A DNA stretch of 64,000 bases from the NCBI GenBank assembly GCA_977020255.1, contig CDROCS010000253.1, forward strand, positions 1,860,001-1,924,000. The letters run 5' to 3'. Of this stretch, positions 1 through 8,419 are shown in pieces. The notes under the pieces are model-generated. The model searched no databases. It was not told where the DNA came from and saw only the letters and a list, made by a program, of their open reading frames with translations. The position numbers were made by a program, and so were the translations under genes. The stretch comes from Obrimoposthia wandeli (Eukaryota). How positions within the stretch are numbered: the first letter of the stretch is position 1; each line of letters begins with the position of its first letter.

Positions 1-1208
1 TACCTGGTGCTGCTTTAATGTTGGCGTTGGTGTTATTTCCCTATATTTATATGCTCACTCGTGGCGCTTTTGAGCAACAAGATCAAAACTTAATTCGCGC
101 GAGTCGATTACTTGGTTTAACAGTAAAACAAAGTTTCTTTAAAGTTGCCTTACCTTTAGCAAGACCTGCTATTGCCGTTTCGGCGAGTCTTGTTTTAATG
201 GAAACCCTAGCTGATTTTGCCACTGTACAATATTTCTCTGTTAATACCTTAACGACTGCTATTTATGATACTTGGCTTGGTTATGGCGATCTTGGTGCAG
301 CTAATGCCCTAGCTAGTATTTTGATGTTATTAGTATTATTTGTCGTGTTAGCAGAACAAAGAAGTAGGGCAGGGCTACGTCACCAAAGCGCTAGACCTAA
401 CTTAAATCGAGAACTTATCGAGTTATCTGTTAGCCAACAACTTATTGCCAGTGTTTTTTGCTGGGCACTGGTCATTTTAGGTTTTTTATTACCGTTAACC
501 TTGTTGATTATTATGGCGGTTCAATACAGTGATGTTACACAATTATCTGTTTTATTGTCTACCGGTGTTAATTCATTGAAGGTGTCAGTCTTTGCGGCGA
601 CAATTGCGGTAGTTATTGCGTTATCATTAGGTTTATATCAGCGTTTACACAATGATAAATATCGAAAAATTCCACAACTGATATCAGGTTTTGGTTATGC
701 GGTACCTGGAACCGTGCTCGCTATGGCTATGTTGTCGACATTAGGGCCATTAGATCACTGGATTAATGGGGTTGCTGAGTTTTTAGGTTTTACCGCGCCA
801 GGATTAATCTTATCAGGTTCATTGTTCGCTATTGTATTTGCGCTGGTCGTACGTTTTTCAGCGATAGCTAATGGCACCATTGCCAGTGGCATAAAACAAA
901 TTCCTCAATCCTTAGATTATGCACCAGCAACGTTAGGCGTTAACCTGACTGGGAGTTTAACTAAGGTACATTTACCTATTTTAACGCCGACAATTCTGGT
1001 GGCATGGTTATTAGTTTTTGTTGAAGCAATGAAAGAATTACCGGCAGTATTATTATTACGGCCTTTTAATTTTGAAACGTTAAGTAGTCAAATTTATCAG
1101 CTTATTTCTGATGAAATGTTAGAGCAAGGCGCTTTAGGGGCAATCCTCATTGTGTTGTTTGGCCTATTACCTATAGTGTTGCTGAATAAGAGTAAGGAAA
1201 AAGTATGA
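1..1208 (+). CDS. fbpB: Fe3+ ABC transporter permease (5'-partial; frame open to window start)
   Basis: Two EAA-like loops (RASRLLG; APATLG), many TM segments, FbpB/SfuB-type motifs (ETLADFATV, KELPAVLLLRP); stop overlaps the downstream ATPase start. Confidence 0.8.
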   Translation, partial: PGAALMLALVLFPYIYMLTRGAFEQQDQNLIRASRLLGLTVKQSFFKVALPLARPAIAVSASLVLMETLADFATVQYFSVNTLTTAIYDTWLGYGDLGAANALASILMLLVLFVVLAEQRSRAGLRHQSARPNLNRELIELSVSQQLIASVFCWALVILGFLLPLTLLIIMAVQYSDVTQLSVLLSTGVNSLKVSVFAATIAVVIALSLGLYQRLHNDKYRKIPQLISGFGYAVPGTVLAMAMLSTLGPLDHWINGVAEFLGFTAPGLILSGSLFAIVFALVVRFSAIANGTIASGIKQIPQSLDYAPATLGVNLTGSLTKVHLPILTPTILVAWLLVFVEAMKELPAVLLLRPFNFETLSSQIYQLISDEMLEQGALGAILIVLFGLLPIVLLNKSKEKV

Positions 1209-2278
1209 CCGCGTTGTTAACTATCCAACAGCTTTCTATCACACTGCAAAATAAAGTTATCTTATCCGCGTTCGATTTAAGTCTTAATGAAGGAGATATT
1301 TTAGGACTTGTTGGCGCCAGTGGTTGCGGTAAAACAACCTTACTTAATGCTATTGCTGGTTTTAGTAAGCCAAGTAAAGGGCAAATTACAATTGATGGAC
1401 ATTTACTGAATGATGGTGGGCACAATGTACCGGCAGAGCAACGTCAAGTAGGTATGATTTTCCAAGATTATGCGTTATTTCCACACTTAACAGTAAAAGA
1501 GAATATTGCTTTTGGCATAAGTAAACTAAGCAAAACAGAGCAACTTCAACAAATTGAGCTCTTACTGACGATATTAAAGCTAAACGATCACAGTAATAGC
1601 TATATTCATCAGCTTTCTGGTGGTCAACAGCAACGTGTCGCCATTGCGAGGGCTTTAGCACCGAAACCTAAATTATTGTTACTCGATGAACCCTTTTCAA
1701 ATATTGATGCCCGCCTTAGAAATGAATTGATGGTAGAGATAAGGCAGTTGTTAAAGCAGTTTAAGACGACCGCTATTTTTGTAACCCATAATAAAGATGA
1801 AGTATTCACTTTTGCTGACAAAATGGCAGTGATGGCACAGGGGAGATTATTACAATTTGATGGGCCAAGTATTCTTTGCCAGCAACCGAATAGTTATCAG
1901 GTTGCTGATTTTTTACAGCTTGGCAGTTGGCTTCCTTGCCAAGTTAACTCAGTAAGTGCGCAGTGTTTGTTAGGTGATCTTGCTATAGAAAATAGTAGTG
2001 ATAAGCAAGGCAGTTTAGTTTATTTACTGGTCAAACCCGCTAACCTATTGCTCAATGTTGTAGTTGATGAAAATACTAACGCTAACGCACAAGTCGACTA
2101 TATTAGTGTTACCGAGCAAGGTTATCATTATTATCTAAGCAGTCTCGATGACTTAACTACGGATAAACAGATGGCATTTTCTAAGTTAAGTTTATACAGT
2201 GATATCGCGCTATCATTAAAGCAGCAAGTAGCCTTGAGTATTAAGCCGCATGAGTATTTATTCTTCAATAAAAAGTAA
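1205..2278 (+). CDS. fbpC: Fe3+ ABC transporter ATP-binding subunit
   Basis: Walker A GASGCGKT, Q-loop FQDYALFPHL, signature LSGGQ, Walker B LLLLDEP, H-loop VTHN; coupled to the permease. Confidence 0.8.
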   Translation: MTALLTIQQLSITLQNKVILSAFDLSLNEGDILGLVGASGCGKTTLLNAIAGFSKPSKGQITIDGHLLNDGGHNVPAEQRQVGMIFQDYALFPHLTVKENIAFGISKLSKTEQLQQIELLLTILKLNDHSNSYIHQLSGGQQQRVAIARALAPKPKLLLLDEPFSNIDARLRNELMVEIRQLLKQFKTTAIFVTHNKDEVFTFADKMAVMAQGRLLQFDGPSILCQQPNSYQVADFLQLGSWLPCQVNSVSAQCLLGDLAIENSSDKQGSLVYLLVKPANLLLNVVVDENTNANAQVDYISVTEQGYHYYLSSLDDLTTDKQMAFSKLSLYSDIALSLKQQVALSIKPHEYLFFNKK

Positions 2279-2290
2279 CTCATTCTTTAA

Positions 2291-2365
2291 TCACAGCGCT
2301 CATTGCAAGGTGTTACAGTTTCATTACAAGCTATTACAGTCTCTTCACGACTTTACTTTTATAAT
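2291..2365 (+). promoter_or_regulatory. Helically phased TTACA direct repeats followed by a TATAAT -10 box
   Basis: TCACA 2291, TTGCA 2303, TTACA 2313, 2324 and 2334 (10-12 bp period); TATAAT at 2360-2365; AAGGAG RBS before ATG 2417. Confidence 0.6.
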
Positions 2366-2416
2366 TTAATCATTAGATAAAACAAATAAAAGTCGTTTAA
2401 TTTTAAGGAGTCTGTC

Positions 2417-3187
2417 ATGGCATCAAGTATAGAACTTGTTGAAAATACACAACCATTTGCAACTAATCAAAATGCTCAATTACAGCAAAAGTTACTGTTG
2501 ATTGAAAATGATCATTACCTCAGTAATGCCTTTTTAGTTAATGGTAATCAATCAGATTACCTAACTACAAAAATACGCACCGCTAAAGTCCTCAGTCAAG
2601 AGCTTAAAGGTTACTTAGTAGACAACCGACCAGGCATGATAGTGTTAGATATTGGCTTTGCTGACAGTGAACAGTTATTAATAATACGTGATCTTCGCAC
2701 CTTATTTGATGGACTGCTTGTTGTCGTATCAAGCAAGAATAATGAACAAGAGCAAGTTGATGCTTTTAAGCTAGGTGCCGATGACTATTTACTTAAGCCT
2801 TTTGATAGTCGAATACTGATGATGCGAATTGAGGGGTTATTTCGACGTCAAAGTAATAAAAAAAATCCAGTTGAATTAGCGAGCTTAACTATGGGTGATG
2901 TCTGTTTACAGCCTAAATCGCAAAAGTGCTTTATTAATGGTGGCGCAGTGAAGTTAACGACTTTTGAGTTTAATTTATTAAAGTCTTTAGTTGAACACCA
3001 AGGAAAGATCTTATCGCGAGATCAACTCTATAGCACTTTGCTTAGACGAGTATACAATGGCGTAGAACGTACTCTCGATGTCAGAATGTCACAATTACGT
3101 GAGAAATTGACTATCGCGGGTATGAAGAAAAACCAAATAGAAACAGTTTGGGGCCAAGGATATATGTTTAACAATATAGCTTCCTAG
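2417..3187 (+). CDS. OmpR/PhoB-family response regulator (RstA-like), no adjacent kinase
   Basis: Receiver motifs IVLD, VVSS, GADDYLLKP; winged helix LTTFEFNLL, RTLDVRMSQLREKL, IETVWGQGY. Confidence 0.85.
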   Translation: MASSIELVENTQPFATNQNAQLQQKLLLIENDHYLSNAFLVNGNQSDYLTTKIRTAKVLSQELKGYLVDNRPGMIVLDIGFADSEQLLIIRDLRTLFDGLLVVVSSKNNEQEQVDAFKLGADDYLLKPFDSRILMMRIEGLFRRQSNKKNPVELASLTMGDVCLQPKSQKCFINGGAVKLTTFEFNLLKSLVEHQGKILSRDQLYSTLLRRVYNGVERTLDVRMSQLREKLTIAGMKKNQIETVWGQGYMFNNIAS

Positions 3188-3193
3188 TTTAAT

Positions 3194-3240
3194 CTGTCAC
3201 AATAGTCCAATAATATGCTCATATTGGACTATTGTGACAG
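3194..3240. repeat. Perfect 19-bp inverted repeat (probable terminator or stabilising hairpin)
   Basis: CTGTCACAATAGTCCAATA-N9-TATTGGACTATTGTGACAG, 6 bp after the regulator stop; no U-tract. Confidence 0.75.
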
Positions 3241-3346
3241 TCATCGTCATTTCCCTGCATAAATAAATAATAGCTTTACCTTATTATTTGTTTTTTCTGT
3301 ATACTCGCCCATAATCTTTTTTTAGCTACCAATTCTGGAGCTTTCT

Positions 3347-4075
3347 TTGTTAGCTGTAATACGCGTTTTTTTAATGGCCTTGGCGTTGGTCATCATTTGC
3401 ACTATTTCTATTTTCTATTGTTTATTGCGCCCATTTCACCGTAATAATGTTTATCACACAGCAAGATTTCTTGGCAAAGTGACTAAACTGTTTGGTGTTG
3501 AAGTAGAGCTGAGAGTTCCTGAGTCTGTTAAAGATATTGGTCCCGTTGTTTGGATGGCAAATCATCAGAACAGTTATGATCTTTTCACTCATGCTAATGC
3601 AGTTATGCCTGGTACAGTGAGCGTAGGTAAAAAAAGCTTAAAATGGATTCCTTTTTTTGGACAAATGTATTGGTTAACAGGCAATATTTTGATTGATCGA
3701 AAAAACACTAGTAAGGCAATGAATACCATTGACTTAACTGCAGATAAAATAAAGAAAAATAAGCTGTCTGTCTGGATGTTTCCCGAAGGTACTCGTAGCC
3801 GAGGTAGAGGTCTGTTGCCGTTGAAAACAGGCGCTTTTCGTACCGCTCTTCAAGCAAATGTACCGATTGTACCAATTTGTGCGAGTAATCAGGTAGGAAC
3901 TATTAACTTAAACCGCTGGGATAATGGGAAAATTATCATAGAATTCCTAGACCCTATTCACCTTAATGATGCAAGTCGTGAGAACTTACGCTCAATAGTA
4001 AATGAAGTCCATGGATTAATGTCTCATAAAATAGAGCAGTTATCGATTGAAGCGGCGGCTTATCATAATAAATAA
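3347..4075 (+). CDS. plsC: 1-acyl-sn-glycerol-3-phosphate acyltransferase
   Basis: NHQNSYD (NHxxxxD) and FPEGTRS motifs; TTG start after a GGAG RBS. Confidence 0.92.
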   Translation: MLAVIRVFLMALALVIICTISIFYCLLRPFHRNNVYHTARFLGKVTKLFGVEVELRVPESVKDIGPVVWMANHQNSYDLFTHANAVMPGTVSVGKKSLKWIPFFGQMYWLTGNILIDRKNTSKAMNTIDLTADKIKKNKLSVWMFPEGTRSRGRGLLPLKTGAFRTALQANVPIVPICASNQVGTINLNRWDNGKIIIEFLDPIHLNDASRENLRSIVNEVHGLMSHKIEQLSIEAAAYHNK

Positions 4076-4111
4076 TACAGATTGTTTATAAAACATAAAT
4101 AGGTAATAAAA

Positions 4112-4462
4112 ATGATTGATGAAGAATTACAACAATGGTTCAGCCATACAGAAATGCTAATTGCTGAGTTGCTTGAAGACGGTACTAATGACGAAGTTTA
4201 TCACACTATAGAACATCACTTTGCCAGTAGTGATTTTGATGTATTAGAAAAGGCTGCTATCACAGCATTTAAACTAGGACACGAAATTGAAGAGCCAGAA
4301 GAAGCAGAATTAGAAAATGGCGATAAGGTGTTTGCTTTTGATATTGCTACGGAACAAATGCTGGATGTGGATTTAATCAAAAAAGAAACACAAGCTATGT
4401 TTGAGTTGGCAAAAAAATGCGGTGTTGACTATGATGGCTGGGGTACTTACTTTGAAGAGTAG
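4112..4462 (+). CDS. rraB: Regulator of ribonuclease activity B
   Basis: Acidic protein with YxIEHHF and YDGWGTYFE motifs. Confidence 0.9.
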   Translation: MIDEELQQWFSHTEMLIAELLEDGTNDEVYHTIEHHFASSDFDVLEKAAITAFKLGHEIEEPEEAELENGDKVFAFDIATEQMLDVDLIKKETQAMFELAKKCGVDYDGWGTYFEE

Positions 4463-4917
4463 TTTTATACCCTTAACCATGGCAAGGTCACTCTAAATCC
4501 TTTATCTTGATTGGTAACTGGTCTGCAGTATGGTAAAAGATTCTAAGGCTTGAATACCGATACCAAATACCTTACTATGTGTGGAATAACTAGCCAGTTT
4601 TATCAGCTGGCTCGCTGGTGCTAAGATAGACCCGTTGATATTTGAAATTATCAGTCTTTGATAAATTAAGGAAAATAAACCATGGAATGGCTTAGTAGAA
4701 CACTATCACAAGAACCTATCTTACTCGTGCTCTCAATAACTATTGTTGTTACAGTTTTCATTTTTGCGGCAAGAAAAGCGCACTTAAATCATTTAGTTCA
4801 AATGAAAAAAATAGATGATAGTTTTAACATTAAATAAAACGGGTAAAGAACTCACTACTATATATATATAAGCGTGTGAAGCATTTTTGTTAGCGTTACA
4901 TTATACGCTAACAAATA

Positions 4918-5940
4918 CTAGCACTTCGCCGTTGAATCTCTAATGATAAGTTTTGGTACATACTGGCTGATGGTCGTTTGATTTTTTTGCTTGCGAACTT
5001 GGCTGATAAGTAAATTTGCAGCGTCTTCTGCTATTTGGCTATTTGGCTGATCAGCGGTTGTGAGCTTTGGCCATGTTTGACGAGAGAATGGACTGTTTTC
5101 AAATCCGACTATTGATAGTTGCTCAGGAATAGATATATTCATTAATCTTGCTGCAAACAACGCCCCGGCAGCAATTTCATCGTTACAAGAAAAAATAGCG
5201 GTTGGACGAGTATTGTTACTTTCAGTAGACATCAACAGCTTTGCACCACTAACACCTGAATCAAAAGAGTATTCACCCTCGATAACAAGTTTTTTATCAA
5301 AGTCTATGTTACTTTCTTTTAAGGCTGTTCTATAACCTTTATAGCGTTCAACAGTCGACATATGTTTTGCATCACCCGCAATAAAACCAATATGTTTATG
5401 ACCTAAGTCGATTAGGTGCTGGGTAATAGTTTGTGCTGCAGCTCTATCATTTACCATAACACAAGGGCTAAGATCATCAGGGGCAACGTCGCCAGACATG
5501 ATACGTACAACCTTAACATCAAGCGCGACTAATGATTTAACAAACTCAGGCATTTCGGATAATGGCGGGGTCAAAATTAAGCCTGCAATACGTGCATGCT
5601 TAACCATATTAACAACCTCTTCAGTAATATTTTCATTCTTCGCATCACAAGGGTGGATTAATAACTCAAATCCTTGCTGCTTGCAGGCAGATAATATGCC
5701 TTCTTGCATATCAATGATGTAATAAGCGTTAGGATTATCATAAATATAAGCAACAGAAAATGATTTTGCACCGGCTAAATTACGTGCTGCTAAATTAGGC
5801 TGATAATTGAGTTCTTCTACAGCCTTTTGTACTTTTTCACGTGTTAATTGACGTACTGAAGTTTCATTGTTAATAACACGAGAAACAGTTTTTATTGATA
5901 CGCCAGCTTGTTTTGCTACGTCATTTATTGTCGCTTTCAT
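4918..5940 (-). CDS. nagR: LacI-family repressor of the GlcNAc regulon (NagR type)
   Basis: LacI HTH (TINDVAKQAGVSIKTVSRV) and YQPN hinge; adjacent to nag genes that share a LacI-type operator. Confidence 0.8.
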   Translation of the reverse strand: MKATINDVAKQAGVSIKTVSRVINNETSVRQLTREKVQKAVEELNYQPNLAARNLAGAKSFSVAYIYDNPNAYYIIDMQEGILSACKQQGFELLIHPCDAKNENITEEVVNMVKHARIAGLILTPPLSEMPEFVKSLVALDVKVVRIMSGDVAPDDLSPCVMVNDRAAAQTITQHLIDLGHKHIGFIAGDAKHMSTVERYKGYRTALKESNIDFDKKLVIEGEYSFDSGVSGAKLLMSTESNNTRPTAIFSCNDEIAAGALFAARLMNISIPEQLSIVGFENSPFSRQTWPKLTTADQPNSQIAEDAANLLISQVRKQKNQTTISQYVPKLIIRDSTAKC

Positions 5941-6059
5941 CTGCAGATAACCTTGTTCTTATTTTTATAAACATACTGGCTTAACCAGAGTGTTGTAATT
6001 ATTGCATAGCCAGTCTGTAGTAAGCTATAAGACTTTACAGAATTATTTAGGATAATAAT

Positions 6060-6073
6060 TGACAGCGCTGTCA
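6060..6073. promoter_or_regulatory. Putative NagR operator (nagR/pgi divergon)
   Basis: Perfect palindrome TGACAGCGCTGTCA with a central CG, typical of LacI-family sites; recurs before each nag-locus unit. Confidence 0.8.
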
Positions 6074-6192
6074 TTTTTTTATAGGGTACCATGAAATTTT
6101 GACAAGTCATAATGGTTAAGTCGAGAAAATACTCAAGTTAACTGCAATGATAAAGTCGATAATTGTGTCTAAACCACCTTATAGGAATTAGT

Positions 6193-7833
6193 ATGTCGTC
6201 TCGTCAAACATTAGCTAGCTGGAAAAAGCTTCAGCTACTTGCTCAGGATAAAAAATCGCAGCACATGAATACCTTGTTTGCACAAGACGGCGAACGTTTT
6301 AATAAGTTCTCTATCGAATTGCCCAACATGTTGCTCGATTATTCTAAAAACCTAATCGATACTGAAACGCTCGACGCATTATTAGCGCTAGCTGAAGAGA
6401 CGCAGGTATGTGATTGGCGAGCTAAAATGTTTGCTGGTGAGAAAATCAATAAAACCGAAGACCGCGCGGTATTACACACGGCGTTACGTCGTCAAAGTGA
6501 TGAAGCCTTTATTATCGAGGGCGAAAACGTAACCGAGCATGTGCAAAATCAATTAGCTGAGATGGAAGTCTTTGTAAATAAAGTTCGTCAGGGGCATTGG
6601 TTAGGTTACTCAGGTAAACGTATTACTGATATTGTAAATATCGGTGTCGGAGGCTCAAATCTCGGACCACAAATGGTCACTGAAGCATTGAAACATTACA
6701 GTGATGGCAGTGTGAATGTTCATTACGTCTCTAACGTTGATGGTGCACAAATTGCTGAAGTGCTTCGTCCGTTAGAGCCTGAAAAAGTTTTGTTTATTGT
6801 TTCAAGTAAAACCTTTACTACTACTGAAACCATGACAAATGCTCGTACAGCAATTAATTGGCTAACAAGTGCCTCATTTGATGAAAATTCAGTGGCAAAA
6901 CATTTTGTTGCCGTAACTGCAAATAAAGAAAATGCCATGAGTTTTGGTATCGAAAAACAAAATATCTTTGATATGTGGGATTGGGTCGGTGGGCGATTTT
7001 CATTATGGTCAGCTATTGGTCTTGCGATTGCGCTTGATCTAGGTTTTGATAAGTTTGAAGAGTTACTTGCCGGTGCTCATGACATGGATCAGCACTTTAT
7101 TAATGCACCGTTAAAAGAGAACTTTCCGACAATTCTGGCATTGATTAGTGTTTGGAATACCACTTTTCTGGGTTCTCAGTCACAAGCTATTTTACCTTAT
7201 GATCAGACGTTGCATATGTTAACTGCATATTTACAACAAGCCGAAATGGAAAGTAACGGTAAATCGGTTAGTTGGGATGGCGATGAAATCGATTATGCCA
7301 CTGTACCCTCTATTTGGGGCGAGTTAGGAATCAATGGCCAGCATGCCTTTTATCAATACCTGCACCAAAGTAATAATGTTGTTCCTGCTGATTTTATTGG
7401 TTCGGTTAAAAGTGTTACCCCAGTAAAAGGGCATCATGAAACCTTGATGGCAAATTTCTTTGCGCAAACACAAGCATTGATGGTTGGTGTTAATGAAGAG
7501 CAAGTCCGTGCAGATCTTAAGGCGAAAGGTCGCGATGCGGATTACATTGATAAAGTTGCACCACATAAAGTACACAAAGGTAATAGGCCGACCAATACCA
7601 TTTTATTAAAGTGTATTAACCCAAGAAATTTAGGCAGCTTAATTGCAGCCTATGAGCACAAAATATTTGTTCAAGGTATTATCTTACAGATATGTTCTTT
7701 CGATCAATGGGGTGTAGAGCTTGGTAAGGGCCTTGCTGCGGAGATACAACATGAGCTAGAAACAGATAATATTTCTGCTCAGCATGATTGTTCAACATCA
7801 AGTCTACTGACGTTTTATCAGTCAGCAAAGTAG
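6193..7833 (+). CDS. pgi: Glucose-6-phosphate isomerase
   Basis: GIGVGGSNLGP, SKTFTT, WVGGRFSLWS and FDQWGVELGK motifs; start chosen at ATG 6193 (AGGA RBS). Confidence 0.95.
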   Translation: MSSRQTLASWKKLQLLAQDKKSQHMNTLFAQDGERFNKFSIELPNMLLDYSKNLIDTETLDALLALAEETQVCDWRAKMFAGEKINKTEDRAVLHTALRRQSDEAFIIEGENVTEHVQNQLAEMEVFVNKVRQGHWLGYSGKRITDIVNIGVGGSNLGPQMVTEALKHYSDGSVNVHYVSNVDGAQIAEVLRPLEPEKVLFIVSSKTFTTTETMTNARTAINWLTSASFDENSVAKHFVAVTANKENAMSFGIEKQNIFDMWDWVGGRFSLWSAIGLAIALDLGFDKFEELLAGAHDMDQHFINAPLKENFPTILALISVWNTTFLGSQSQAILPYDQTLHMLTAYLQQAEMESNGKSVSWDGDEIDYATVPSIWGELGINGQHAFYQYLHQSNNVVPADFIGSVKSVTPVKGHHETLMANFFAQTQALMVGVNEEQVRADLKAKGRDADYIDKVAPHKVHKGNRPTNTILLKCINPRNLGSLIAAYEHKIFVQGIILQICSFDQWGVELGKGLAAEIQHELETDNISAQHDCSTSSLLTFYQSAK

Positions 7834-8287
7834 ATCATTTTTATGAATAATACCTAACCTGAGTTCTGATTAATTTACATTAAGCAGACTTCAGATCACT
7901 AAATTACTTCTGTCTAGCTTACATGGGAATGAAAAATTTAGTTATAAAAATTATAGAGATTAAAGCTAATACTATATCGATATGGTATTAGCTTTTTTTT
8001 GTTCGTAGATCAAATAACTCAGTAAAATAATTGCCAGACTTACGTTTCTATATTAATGAATTTTTATTCATTAATATAATGTAAAAATTCACAGCTCTAT
8101 ATGTTACGTGTTTTTTTTATACAGAAAGTGATAGTTATTTCGATAGTTACGATTTAATAACAAAATTAACAAATAAAAAAAACCTTTATATTCAGATGTT
8201 TCGTAATTTTATGTAACCGTTATGCAGTTTTAAGTTAATTTATTCTGGTCAAACGTAATAATAAACGGTATGGTTTATTACGTCTTA

Positions 8288-8323
8288 TGACAGCGTTGTC
8301 ATTAAGTATTGACAGCGCTGTCG
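8288..8323. promoter_or_regulatory. Tandem putative NagR operators upstream of the TonB-dependent receptor
   Basis: TGACAGCGTTGTCA 8288-8301 and TGACAGCGCTGTCG 8310-8323, 22 bp apart. Confidence 0.8.
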
Positions 8324-8344
8324 TAAAACCTAAGAAATTATTCT

Positions 8345-8392
8345 AAGCTAAAATAATAATATTCTAACGAAGCTAAAATAATAACATTCTAA
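8345..8392 (+). repeat. Two-copy direct repeat (25-bp period) in the TBDR leader
   Basis: AAGCTAAAATAATAATATTCTAA 8345-8367 and AAGCTAAAATAATAACATTCTAA 8370-8392. Confidence 0.85.
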
Positions 8393-8419
8393 AAACAAAA
8401 CGTGTGTAAGGGAAAGTCG

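Noticed and set aside
4463-4917. 455-bp gap between convergent rraB and nagR with a small AGCCAG/CTGGCT hairpin
   Set aside because: No ORF, no convincing RNA motif, and only weak similarity to the repeat ends
7850-7935. Possible repeat remnant after pgi (ACCTGAGTTCTGA...CAGACTTCAGAT)
   Set aside because: No second copy or clear termini in the window
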